A DNA stretch of 64,000 bases from a virus. The notes below the pieces were generated by a model. That model made no database searches, was not told the DNA's origin, and was given only the letters and a program-made list of their open reading frames with translations. The position numbers and the translations under genes were made by a program. Below are positions 21,531 to 30,159 of this stretch, piece after piece (positions within the stretch are counted from its first letter, which is position 1; each line of letters starts with the position of its first letter). The stretch is taken from the IMG/VR virus record IMGVR_UViG_3300046314_000148, positions 32,001 through 96,000 of that record; one strand, 5' to 3'.

Positions 21531-22068
21531 TGATTTAATCACAAAGCAATCACCTTGCTGGGACGGATACGTTCAGCGTGGCATGAAGCCAGGAGAAGGT
21601 GGGGCCATGGTTCCTAACTGCGTTCCTGCAGAAAAGGCAGACGACCTATTCGAAGACTCAGACGATGTCGAATACGATACAGACTCTATGGCAAAGGCCG
21701 AAGGCTATTCTCCTCCAGCTGGTGCAAGAGCAGCAGCACGTAGAGCTATCAAGTTTAAGGAAGATGGCAAGGCTAATGGGGCTGGAACATCTGTAGGCTG
21801 GACTCGTGCAGGGCAGCTGGCAAGAGGGGAGACCATCTCTCTTAGTACTGTTAAGCGTATGTACTCATACTTCTCACGCCACGAGGTAGACAAGAAGGGC
21901 AAGGACTGGGGAAACTCTGCTAACCCATCTAATGGATACATCATGTGGCTTGCCTGGGGTGGAGATGCAGGGTACTCTTGGTCACGTAAGATAGCCCAGA
22001 AGGCTTCGGACAAGGCCCTATTCTCTGACTTCGGCAAAGATTACACAAAGTCTTCTAAGATAGTTTAG
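21523..22068 (+). CDS. conserved phage protein, possibly head-associated
   Basis: PCWDGY...PNCVP motif and TVKRMYSYFSRH...WLAWGGDAG domain. Confidence 0.55.
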   Translation: MNNDLITKQSPCWDGYVQRGMKPGEGGAMVPNCVPAEKADDLFEDSDDVEYDTDSMAKAEGYSPPAGARAAARRAIKFKEDGKANGAGTSVGWTRAGQLARGETISLSTVKRMYSYFSRHEVDKKGKDWGNSANPSNGYIMWLAWGGDAGYSWSRKIAQKASDKALFSDFGKDYTKSSKIV

Positions 22069-22079
22069 GTAGCTATAGT

Positions 22080-23018
22080 ATGGGTCAGCCCACTATATTC
22101 ATAACCATACCAGCATACGAGGATCCTCAGCTCCTGGAGACCATAGAGGGGGCACTGGACAATGCCTTATATCCAGAAAGACTATTCTTTTGTATTGGTA
22201 TGCAATACAGAGTTCTGCCAGATATATCTAAATACCTAAGTAATCCAAATTTCAAATTTTTATTTTATGATGTAGATACTAGACCAGGTGTGTACCAGAT
22301 CAGAAAAGAGATGGCAGACGAGCACAGCGGCCAGGACTATTTTATGATGATCGACTCACACATGACATTTGTCAAGTATTGGGACTCTATGTTGGTAAAT
22401 GACTATAAAAATTTGGTGGCAACTCACGGAGAAAAGACCGTGATGTCTAAGCCAGTGACACACAAGATAGGCTTGACCCTAAACAATGGGCATATAAACG
22501 ATTATCCATGTTGGGAGATAAATCGCAATGTCAGCCCTAAAGAGATCAATAGGTTTTTAATTCCAGCAGTTCGCAACATCCCATGGAATGGTGATAGATT
22601 TATAAAGATATACTACGCCTGTAGCCATTTCTTTTTTACTAGCAAAAAGTTTCTAGAGGACCTTGGATTTTTCTCAGGTATAAGATTCTATTGCGAGGAA
22701 CTAATAACTAGCGTCCTAATTTACATATCTGGTTGGGACATATACATGAATCCATCTCATATATTAGTTGGCCACGATGATAAAAAAACCATGAGAAGCC
22801 TATACAATAGAGATAGCTACTCTCTGGCCGATGGCAAGACCTTTACGGCAATAGAAGATGACGGGGGTACCAAGTTGGAGATTGCAAGGTTTGTGCTAAC
22901 TGGAAAGTCTAAGCTCATAGATGTGAACGCTAGCAGATCAGTAGAAGATTATTACACGGTGTCTGGCCTAGCTGACGTATATCGTGAGCTAAAGGTCGAA
23001 AATCTAATATTAGATTAA
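22080..23018 (+). CDS. GT60-like (Pfam GlcNAc) N-acetylglucosaminyltransferase
   Basis: TIFITIPAYED, A.YPERL, IDSHM.F..YWD, EELI...GWDIY. Confidence 0.75.
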   Translation: MGQPTIFITIPAYEDPQLLETIEGALDNALYPERLFFCIGMQYRVLPDISKYLSNPNFKFLFYDVDTRPGVYQIRKEMADEHSGQDYFMMIDSHMTFVKYWDSMLVNDYKNLVATHGEKTVMSKPVTHKIGLTLNNGHINDYPCWEINRNVSPKEINRFLIPAVRNIPWNGDRFIKIYYACSHFFFTSKKFLEDLGFFSGIRFYCEELITSVLIYISGWDIYMNPSHILVGHDDKKTMRSLYNRDSYSLADGKTFTAIEDDGGTKLEIARFVLTGKSKLIDVNASRSVEDYYTVSGLADVYRELKVENLILD

Positions 23019-23255
23019 GTCGTGCTCTCTTAGGTATGTTCTGGCTTTATGGCAGTTCGAGCAAACGACATCGCACTTTCTGACCTCTTTCCAGGCAGCG
23101 TCTCTACCAAACTTCTTTAGGACCCTGTATACTATGTCAACCTTCTTGACACCTGGACGATGATCAAACTCTAGGATGTAGTGGGGGTACTTAACCTTAC
23201 AGTCAAGGCAGCCCATCTTTTCCTTATGCGTCTGAAACTCAAGAAAGCTTGTCAT
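23010..23255 (-). CDS. HNH-like small protein
   Basis: CxDC, EFDH, KCDVVCSNCHKART. Confidence 0.7.
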   Translation of the reverse strand: MTSFLEFQTHKEKMGCLDCKVKYPHYILEFDHRPGVKKVDIVYRVLKKFGRDAAWKEVRKCDVVCSNCHKARTYLREHDLI

Positions 23256-23293
23256 CTATTAAATTATAACATTATTGGTTGTATAATTATTGT

Positions 23294-23521
23294 ATGGATT
23301 TGAACATTGAAAACATTGACGATATCGAGATGCGTTCTCGACAGCTATTGCAAAAGATAGATGATGTTACAGCAGACCTTTATAGCCTGGGTGGCCTAGA
23401 GGAGCGTCTTGTGTTTATGTCTAACCTTCGTAGCCTTATCGCAGAAAAAGATCTTATCGGTGATCAGTTGGCTGTAGATGTTTTAAATTGGGCTTGGCAA
23501 AGACTTGCGGAATCAGACTGA
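23294..23521 (+). CDS. hypothetical protein
   Basis: Leaderless TATAAT-N6-ATG. Confidence 0.55.
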   Translation: MDLNIENIDDIEMRSRQLLQKIDDVTADLYSLGGLEERLVFMSNLRSLIAEKDLIGDQLAVDVLNWAWQRLAESD

Positions 23522-23549
23522 GTCTGCTAGAATAGTATAGCTAATAATC

Positions 23550-23622
23550 GGCCCCATCGTTTAGAGGCCTAGGACACCGCCCTTTCACGGCGGCAGCACG
23601 GGTTCGAATCCCGTTGGGGTCA
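23550..23622 (+). tRNA. tRNA-Glu(TTC)
   Basis: Cloverleaf; CCGCC-CT-TTC-AC-GGCGG. Confidence 0.95.
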
Positions 23623-23642
23623 CTCATAGAGAGAAGATCGGT

Positions 23643-24536
23643 ATGATACTAGTCACAGGTGGTGCAGGATTTATTGGATCCCATCTGGTCGATAAGCTAA
23701 TCAGTGATGGCTTCACCGTGCGAGTAATTGATAACGAGTCTGCCACAGAGAATGATGCCTTCTACTGGAACCCAGAGGCAGACAACCACAAGCTAGACGT
23801 GGCTAACTATGAAGCAACTAGGCATCTCTATGATGGAATAGAGGTTGTCTACCATCTGGCAGCAATCTCCAGAATACAGCCAGCAATTGCCAGCCCACAT
23901 TCTGTAGTAGAAACAAACATTGTTGGTACAGAAAATGTCCTTCGCTGTTCCGCAGAGGCAGGGGTGCAAAGGTTTGTATTCTCATCATCCTCATCTATTT
24001 ATGGTAATAACGATATTCCAAATGTGGAATCTCAGAATGCAGACTGCCTAAACGCATACTCATCAAGCAAGCTCTCTGGCGAGCTCATGTGCAATGCAAT
24101 GCATGGTGTATCTGGAATGGAAACAATCTCTCTTAGATTTTTTAATGTTTATGGTGAGCGTCAGCCGTTACGAGGTAAGTACGCAACAGTAATTGGCCTA
24201 TTCCTTCTCCAGGCCAAAAGAAATTTGCCGCTTACCATAGTGGGTGACGGGCATCAGACAAGAAGCTTTACTCATGTCTCGGATGTTGTAGATGCATGCT
24301 ACAGAGCAGGATTCTCTGTTCCCTGGGATGGGGCATTCGGGGATACCTATAACGTAGGCTATGAAACCTCGTACTCCATAAATGATGTTGCCAAAATGAT
24401 ATCAGATAACACTGCCAGCATCCCAGAAAGAATAGGGGAAGCTAGGCACACACTATCTGACTCCTCTAAGTTTAAGGATGTCTTTGGGTGGAAGCCAAAT
24501 GTATCTCTAGAGGATTGGGTAGCCCAGAATGTCTAA
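23643..24536 (+). CDS. NAD-dependent nucleotide-sugar epimerase/dehydratase
   Basis: TGGAGFIGSH, SSSS, YxxxK, RFFNVYG. Confidence 0.9.
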   Translation: MILVTGGAGFIGSHLVDKLISDGFTVRVIDNESATENDAFYWNPEADNHKLDVANYEATRHLYDGIEVVYHLAAISRIQPAIASPHSVVETNIVGTENVLRCSAEAGVQRFVFSSSSSIYGNNDIPNVESQNADCLNAYSSSKLSGELMCNAMHGVSGMETISLRFFNVYGERQPLRGKYATVIGLFLLQAKRNLPLTIVGDGHQTRSFTHVSDVVDACYRAGFSVPWDGAFGDTYNVGYETSYSINDVAKMISDNTASIPERIGEARHTLSDSSKFKDVFGWKPNVSLEDWVAQNV

Positions 24537-25284
24537 CATGCTAATTATTGGCAAAGGAAAAGTAGGCCAGGCAACAGCAAGAAGCTTACCCTCAGCGACC
24601 ATAGACTTTCACGATCCATACATGGGTATGGTAATCGATGACCCAAGTAGCTATAGCCATGTGATTATCTGTGTAGATACTCTTCAGCAAGGGCCGAGAG
24701 ATTACAGAGATCTGGACTCTGTCCTAGAATATCTAAGCTCCTACAAGAACCTTGTGATAGTCAGAAGCACTATCGATCCAGATAAGGCCAGGGAGCTGGG
24801 CCACCTCTTTGGAGATAACCTAATTATTTTCCCAGAGTTCATGGACCATCATGACTTTAAAAATCAGCGTGACCCAGCCTCTAGGATTGTGCTAGGGGGA
24901 GCCATCAGCATGACTAATGCCTTCTTCGAATTGCTGGGAGATCTCGGGTATCCATGGATTAGAGACACGTTCTTCGTATCTCATGAAGAAGCATCAATAA
25001 TAAAACTATCATCTAACGCAGCATTAGCCACTAAGGTAATCATGTTTAATGCAATATACGAGATCTGCAATAATTATGGAGTACCCTACGATGAGGTCAG
25101 GAAGGCTATAGGTGCTGATTCTAGAATTGGTCTTGGACATACCCTGGTGCCAAGTCCAGATGATGGCCAGCTAGGGTTTGGTGGCCATTGCTTGCCAAAA
25201 GACATAAAGGCAATAGCAGACATTGACAGCCTTGGATTCTTTAGTTTCGTAAACAATTTAAATAAAAGGCTTGGCAGATCCTAA
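24529..25284 (+). CDS. UDP-glucose/GDP-mannose dehydrogenase-like, lacking the C-terminal domain
   Basis: GxGxVG, RST, PEF, GFGGHCLPKD. Confidence 0.8.
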   Translation: MSNMLIIGKGKVGQATARSLPSATIDFHDPYMGMVIDDPSSYSHVIICVDTLQQGPRDYRDLDSVLEYLSSYKNLVIVRSTIDPDKARELGHLFGDNLIIFPEFMDHHDFKNQRDPASRIVLGGAISMTNAFFELLGDLGYPWIRDTFFVSHEEASIIKLSSNAALATKVIMFNAIYEICNNYGVPYDEVRKAIGADSRIGLGHTLVPSPDDGQLGFGGHCLPKDIKAIADIDSLGFFSFVNNLNKRLGRS

Positions 25285-25439
25285 ATTGTATGCTACAATA
25301 TATCCATGGAGATAACTATGAAGTCAAACCAGCATCCGCATCAGCGATATAGCTTGGCCTACTCGTGGCAACAGCATGCCAGCCTCCAGAGCATTCGCTC
25401 ACTATAAATCAAACAATCTATAACTTAATAAACATATAA

Positions 25440-25510
25440 TCCTCACTGGTGTAGTGGTAGCACAACAGCTTCCAAACCTGTTGGTCTGAGTTCGATTCTT
25501 AGGTGGGGGG
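25440..25510 (+). tRNA. tRNA-Trp(CCA)
   Basis: Cloverleaf; TT-CCA-AA loop; C31-C39 mismatch. Confidence 0.8.
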
Positions 25511-25515
25511 CGTAA

Positions 25516-25587
25516 ACCAATATAGCTCAACGGAAGAGCATTTGCCTACGAAGCAAAGGGTTAAAGGTTCGAATCCTTTTATTGGTA
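25516..25587 (+). tRNA. tRNA-Arg(ACG)
   Basis: TTTGC-CT-ACG-AA-GCAAA. Confidence 0.88.
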
Positions 25588-25612
25588 CTGATAACTAAAT
25601 ATAGAAATGCAA

Positions 25613-25695
25613 GGAAGTGCGTCGCAGTTGGAGAGGCGAGGCGGTCTGTAAAACCGTTGGGTGCACCTAAGTCAGTTCGAATCTGACCACTTCCA
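25613..25695 (+). tRNA. tRNA-Tyr(GTA)
   Basis: GCGGT-CT-GTA-AA-ACCGT; long variable arm. Confidence 0.88.
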
Positions 25696-25697
25696 CT

Positions 25698-25771
25698 GTG
25701 TACGTAGTTCAATGGTAGAACGCTTGGTTGTGGTCCAAGGAATGGGGGTTCAATTCCCCTCGTGCACCCCA
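25698..25771 (+). tRNA. tRNA-His(GTG), CCA encoded, no genomic G-1
   Basis: CTTGG-TT-GTG-GT-CCAAG; C73. Confidence 0.9.
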
Positions 25772-25844
25772 GCTCTTCTAGCCCAATGGCAGAGGCAACG
25801 GCTTCAAAACCCGTTTAGTGTAAGTTCGAATCTTACGAGGAGCA
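25772..25844 (+). tRNA. tRNA-Leu(CAA), short variable arm
   Basis: TT-CAA-AA loop; C31-C39 mismatch; A73. Confidence 0.8.
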
Positions 25845-25846
25845 CA

Positions 25847-25939
25847 AGTTACATAGTATAGTAGGCAGTACGCCATAGTCTATAAACTGTATGCAGCAGA
25901 TGGCTAGGGGAAGCATGGGTTCGAGTCCCATTGTAACTA
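25847..25939 (+). ncRNA. tRNA-like RNA with enlarged non-canonical anticodon domain
   Basis: Perfect acceptor AGTTACA/TGTAACT, D arm and T arm ATGGG-TTCGAGT-CCCAT, but about 42 nt between them with no standard anticodon stem-loop. Confidence 0.65.
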
Positions 25940-25968
25940 GGTAAGGTAATGATCTGCCTTACCGATCT

Positions 25969-26040
25969 ACTCCTATGGTGTAATTGGCAACACTACGGTT
26001 TTTGGTACCGTCATTTTTGGTTCGAGTCCAGATAGGAGTG
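25969..26040 (+). tRNA. tRNA-Gln(TTG)
   Basis: ACGGT-TT-TTG-GT-ACCGT. Confidence 0.88.
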
Positions 26041-26123
26041 CTTTGTTACACAATTGTAATACAAATAAAAATATTCTATTAAACAAATCTGTATAATAGA
26101 TCTACAACTATAGAGGAGATAAT

Positions 26124-26345
26124 ATGACAACGGTTTATACTAAGCCAGCATGCGTCCAATGTGACCAGACAAAGAAGCTATTGGATAAGAACGGGGTAGA
26201 GTACACAACCATTGATATCTCTAAGGACCAGGAAGCATTCGACAAGATTGTTGCCATGGGATTCATGTCAGCACCAGTAGTTATTTCTGGAAATGATAGC
26301 TGGGCAGGGTTCCAGCCAGATAAAATTAATTCAATAACTGCTTGA
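26124..26345 (+). CDS. nrdH: glutaredoxin-like NrdH
   Basis: VYTKPACVQC, APVV, WAGFQPDKI. Confidence 0.93.
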   Translation: MTTVYTKPACVQCDQTKKLLDKNGVEYTTIDISKDQEAFDKIVAMGFMSAPVVISGNDSWAGFQPDKINSITA

Positions 26346-26398
26346 CAACTAGCCTCCACCTAAGTATAATAGATATACAAAAGGTATGAGAGGACCCG

Positions 26399-26575
26399 AT
26401 GCACGAAGATATCCTAGGCGTAGTGTTTGGCATTGACCACATTATTGCAGAGTTCTTTTGGAATGCCATATTCGCAATAGCAGTATTTGCATTTTCAAAA
26501 GCCAAGGCTAAGCGTAGCCTACACAAATACATTGATGATAAGCACGGTGTAACACACCAGAAGGATGAGTACTAA
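26399..26575 (+). CDS. small membrane protein (not in ORF track)
   Basis: MHEDILGVVFGIDHIIAEFFWNAIF...; RBS GAGAGG; TTGACA promoter upstream. Confidence 0.6.
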   Translation: MHEDILGVVFGIDHIIAEFFWNAIFAIAVFAFSKAKAKRSLHKYIDDKHGVTHQKDEY

Positions 26576-26576
26576 T

Positions 26577-26867
26577 ATGAGCATTAGACCACTAGAAGAT
26601 AAGGTAGTCCTAGAGCTGCCAAAGGCAGAAGAAAAGACAACTCAGTTTGGCCTTATCATTGCAGGAACAGCAGATGAGAAGCCACAGGAGGCAATTGTAG
26701 TGGCTGTAGGTCCAGGAGCCAAGTTTGCAGACGGTAGTACCATGGAAATGGCAGTAGAGCCAGGAGATAAGGTTATCTTTTCTAAGTACCAGGGTACAGA
26801 GGTAGAACACGAAGGCAAGAAGTATCTAATCGTTGCCTACCGAGACATCTTTGCAGTGATTGGATAG
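26577..26867 (+). CDS. groES: co-chaperonin GroES
   Basis: IRPLEDKVV, EKPQE..VVAVGPG, GDKVIFSKY.GTEV. Confidence 0.93.
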   Translation: MSIRPLEDKVVLELPKAEEKTTQFGLIIAGTADEKPQEAIVVAVGPGAKFADGSTMEMAVEPGDKVIFSKYQGTEVEHEGKKYLIVAYRDIFAVIG

Positions 26868-26871
26868 TATA

Positions 26872-27069
26872 ATGGGAAGAATTCCAGACATCAACTACGC
26901 AGATGAATATGAGCGTGGTTATGAGGCTGCACTACACGCACTGCATGATGAATTTGAAAAGGAATACTTTAAGATTGCCGATGAAGATCCGTACTATGCG
27001 TACTACATCAAGCATGTTCTAAATGTTATTCGTAAAAAGATTAATCCACTTATCGCCATCGATGAGTAG
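26872..27069 (+). CDS. hypothetical protein
   Basis: ORF in operon. Confidence 0.55.
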   Translation: MGRIPDINYADEYERGYEAALHALHDEFEKEYFKIADEDPYYAYYIKHVLNVIRKKINPLIAIDE

Positions 27070-27224
27070 GCATAGAGCAACCAGCCACTGGTCCTACCTG
27101 TGGGGCATTCTTGATTACCCTATTCCAGTTTATAAGCATTGGCTTCTGAATAGCTGGAACTACTTTACAAAACCAAAGATATCTGCTAAGGTAGCAGAGT
27201 ACACAAAAAGACTTAGGAGACTCC

Positions 27225-27518
27225 ATGACAGAGCCAATTGAGGGCCAGCTAAAAGGCATAGGACTTCGTTTAGACCCACAAGAGATACTAATCGCACCGC
27301 ATGAAGAAGGTGGTCTCAAGTGGGGCTATACGATTATTGATAAGACCCACATTCCTACCATGTATATGGGTGGTGAGTGGAAGAATGTTGTCCCAGAGGG
27401 TGTCTGGCTGCAAATGCTAGACAACTGGGATGCCATTGCCAAGACTGCAAAAGAAGTTTTGGCAGAATATCCAGAGTATCTAGAGTATCCAGAATTGAAG
27501 GCACTTGTAAATGACTAA
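27225..27518 (+). CDS. hypothetical protein
   Basis: RBS AGGAG; overlaps thyX start. Confidence 0.6.
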   Translation: MTEPIEGQLKGIGLRLDPQEILIAPHEEGGLKWGYTIIDKTHIPTMYMGGEWKNVVPEGVWLQMLDNWDAIAKTAKEVLAEYPEYLEYPELKALVND

Positions 27519-28200
27519 TATTAAAGTTCTAGACGAAGGGTACGTAAGACTAGTAGACACTTTGGGTGACGATCTTTCAGTAGTAAATGCTGCTAGAGTA
27601 TCTTACGATAAAGAGTCATCAGAGTTTGAGCCACGTGATGAGAAGCTAATCAACTTCCTGGTACGTGAAGGTCATACCAGTCCATTCAGACACGCAGCAC
27701 TGACTTTCGAAGTCTATGCTCCGCTGTTCGTTGCACGTCAGTGGTGGAAGTATGCTGTTTCATCTAGTCACGTAGACGATCAGAACGGATGGAATGAATC
27801 ATCTCGCCGCTACATCACAGAAGATGAGCAGTTCTACATTCCTGGACCAGACGAGTGGCGTAGCAAGCCAGAGAATAGCAAGCAGGGTAGCGGTGAGCCA
27901 ATCAACGAAAATTTGGGGCAGTTCTACTTCAAGAAGCTAATCGAAACTGTAGCTAGCGGTACCAGCCTATATCACCAGGCAATGGATGACAACGTTGCTC
28001 CAGAGATTGCACGACTATTCTTGCCAGCATACGGAATGTATGTACGTTGGCGTTGGACCGCATCTCTACAGAGCGTAATGACTTTCCTAGACCAGCGACT
28101 CGGACATGATGCCCAGGTTGAAATCCAGGAGTATGCAAAGGCAGTAGAGAAGTTGACAGCAGAAGTATTCCCACAGACCATGAAGGCAGCAAGACAGTGA
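27511..28200 (+). CDS. thyX: FAD-dependent thymidylate synthase
   Basis: VVNAARVSY, GHTSPF, NESSRRY, APEIAR..LP, AQ.EI..YA. Confidence 0.92.
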   Translation: MTNIKVLDEGYVRLVDTLGDDLSVVNAARVSYDKESSEFEPRDEKLINFLVREGHTSPFRHAALTFEVYAPLFVARQWWKYAVSSSHVDDQNGWNESSRRYITEDEQFYIPGPDEWRSKPENSKQGSGEPINENLGQFYFKKLIETVASGTSLYHQAMDDNVAPEIARLFLPAYGMYVRWRWTASLQSVMTFLDQRLGHDAQVEIQEYAKAVEKLTAEVFPQTMKAARQ

Positions 28201-28736
28201 TTATTGGATTAAGCGGATATGCCCAGTCGGGCAAGGACACCGTTGCTGACTACCTAGTTAAGCAGCATGGCTTTACCAAGGTATCTTTTGCAGATCCTAT
28301 TAGACAGGCACTAATTCTTCTAGATCCAAAAGTAACTATCGCTGACATGCAGGGGGTTCCTTTATCTACTGCCGTTGCTGGCTTGGGTTGGGAGAATGTA
28401 AAGGTTGATAGTCCAGACGTTCGTGGCCTGATGCAGCGTATGGGCACAGAAGTTGGTCGCCAACTATTTGGTGAAAATTTCTGGGTTAATCAAGCTATGG
28501 CAAAAGCCGCAGAATACCCAAGAGTAGTTTTTGCAGATGTCCGCTTCGAGAACGAGGCAAAATCGATTCTCGAGGCATCTGGGGCCGTCTGGAGGGTATC
28601 TAAGCCAGGTGTTTATGCAGCAAATGGACACATATCGGAGACTTCTTTAGATAATTATTCATTTACTAAAGAGGTAAATAATATTGGTTCTTTGGAGGAC
28701 CTATATGAGACTGTAGATTATCTTATTAGTCATTAG
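28197..28736 (+). CDS. deoxynucleoside monophosphate kinase
   Basis: IIGLSGYAQSGKDT, FADP, Q.MGTEVGR, DVRF.NE, H.SE. Confidence 0.9.
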   Translation: MIIGLSGYAQSGKDTVADYLVKQHGFTKVSFADPIRQALILLDPKVTIADMQGVPLSTAVAGLGWENVKVDSPDVRGLMQRMGTEVGRQLFGENFWVNQAMAKAAEYPRVVFADVRFENEAKSILEASGAVWRVSKPGVYAANGHISETSLDNYSFTKEVNNIGSLEDLYETVDYLISH

Positions 28737-28741
28737 TCTTA

Positions 28742-28815
28742 GGGGTGTTAGCTCAGCTGGTTAGAGCAGCGGACTCATAATCCGTCGGTCGTGGGTTCAA
28801 GTCCCACACACCCCA
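28742..28815 (+). tRNA. tRNA(CAT), probably Ile2 (lysidine type), otherwise elongator Met
   Basis: GCGGA-CT-CAT-AA-TCCGT; G1-C72, A73. Confidence 0.88.
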
Positions 28816-28819
28816 CTCT

Positions 28820-28893
28820 GCTCCAGTAGCTCAGTAGGTAAGAGCATCAGACTTATAAACTGAAGGCCGATGGTTCAATCCCATCCTGGAGTA
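28820..28893 (+). tRNA. tRNA-Ile(TAT)
   Basis: TCAGA-CT-TAT-AA-ACTGA; A73. Confidence 0.85.
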
Positions 28894-28936
28894 CTTATGG
28901 TGTATTATAGTTATTAGACTATAGAAAGAAGAAGAT

Positions 28937-29464
28937 GTGGACATATCTATAAACAGTTTTCCAAGAAGTGGATCACAGTTTCTTAAGTTTAATCTAGATA
29001 ATATGATTGGACATCGAAGAGTTGCCAAAAATCCACCGAATCTTCATAAGATACTTAAAGATAGAAGCTACTTTCAGGTTGTTGTTGTCAGAAATCCGAG
29101 GGACACTGTAATATCCTGCATCGCTCATTCGGAATACCTTAGACACGGGAGCAGCAAGAACATAAAACAGGTGCTAGTAGACACCTTGCGAGAGTACTGT
29201 AATGCAATAGATAACTTTTTGGAAAATGTACAGCATATAAATCTTTACGATTTTGAATATCTGGATTGGGCAGTAATTGATATTGCAAACAAGGCAAAGA
29301 TTGATATTCCAGACAGCTTTGTCCTTACTCCAAAGCACTACAGTGTGAGCGACACAGATTTTTATCAGGACCTATTGGATGCAGACATAGATGACTCTTT
29401 ATTTGAAGAGGCAAATAAGAAGTACGAGTCAATCCTAAGCTTCTGCCAGAGACCTGCAGATTAA
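28937..29464 (+). CDS. sulfotransferase-like P-loop protein
   Basis: 5'-PSB-like SFPRSGSQFL and 3'-PB-like VRNPRD...S. Confidence 0.65.
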   Translation: MDISINSFPRSGSQFLKFNLDNMIGHRRVAKNPPNLHKILKDRSYFQVVVVRNPRDTVISCIAHSEYLRHGSSKNIKQVLVDTLREYCNAIDNFLENVQHINLYDFEYLDWAVIDIANKAKIDIPDSFVLTPKHYSVSDTDFYQDLLDADIDDSLFEEANKKYESILSFCQRPAD

Positions 29465-30159
29465 TTAGAGCTAGCAGTACTTTCATATATAGATGGTTCT
29501 GGAAACATCTCCATCAGCATATCAAGAATCTTTTCAAACGAGCTGTCTTCTGTGGACAGGAAGTAGGATTCCCCACTCAGGAAGTCGTATGACCTAGAGC
29601 TCATCCTTCCCTTAGAGTATACCTTTACATCATTGCTTATCGATCCACCGATACCAAAGATGTTTCCATAGTTTGATCTTTCTAAGTATGGCATAGTGAG
29701 CACCTTGTCAAGCAGTATCTTATTCATGACCATCGGTACGTGGATGTCATAGTCTAGTGGATTTGGAATGCCAAGCTTAACCAGTCTCTTGTGAGTGCTT
29801 GCCAGCAGCCTAGTGTACACTGAGCTTGGGGTTAGCTTCTGATACAGGGACACACGATCTTCCAGCAGTCCACCATGCAGCACTGGAATAGAGTCTATCT
29901 TTTTAGTGATAAAGAAATCATCGTGCATTGAAACAAAGTCATCAGATATTTCATCGCTGCTCACTATGGCAGACATGCACTTCTTTATATTATCAAACTT
30001 ATACTGGGTATCTCGAATTGGAATAAAGTTTCCAGTGTACCACTTAGGCTTATAGCCAATGACCCATATGTTTCCAGGTGGTAGGTTTTCAACAACAGAT
30101 CGAATCGAGTATCGAAGCTCTTCGTTATCACCTTTACGACAGATGTAAACGTAATCCAT
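29461..30159 (-). CDS. Stealth-CR2-like sugar-phosphotransferase homologue
   Basis: DNEELRYSIRSV; FV.MHDDFF. Confidence 0.6.
   Translation of the reverse strand: MDYVYICRKGDNEELRYSIRSVVENLPPGNIWVIGYKPKWYTGNFIPIRDTQYKFDNIKKCMSAIVSSDEISDDFVSMHDDFFITKKIDSIPVLHGGLLEDRVSLYQKLTPSSVYTRLLASTHKRLVKLGIPNPLDYDIHVPMVMNKILLDKVLTMPYLERSNYGNIFGIGGSISNDVKVYSKGRMSSRSYDFLSGESYFLSTEDSSFEKILDMLMEMFPEPSIYESTASSN

Noticed and set aside
24529-25284. UDP-glucose dehydrogenase as a pseudogene
   Set aside because: Catalytic GGxCLPKD is intact with a clean stop and no downstream remnant; more likely a naturally short phage form
25772-25844. Opal-suppressor (TCA) reading of this tRNA
   Set aside because: The symmetric 7-nt loop TTCAAAA centres CAA; A73 fits Leu; TGA is used as a normal stop in the window
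25847-25939. tmRNA or amber suppressor
   Set aside because: No G3-U70 pair or tag ORF, far too short for tmRNA, and CTA is not positioned in a paired anticodon loop
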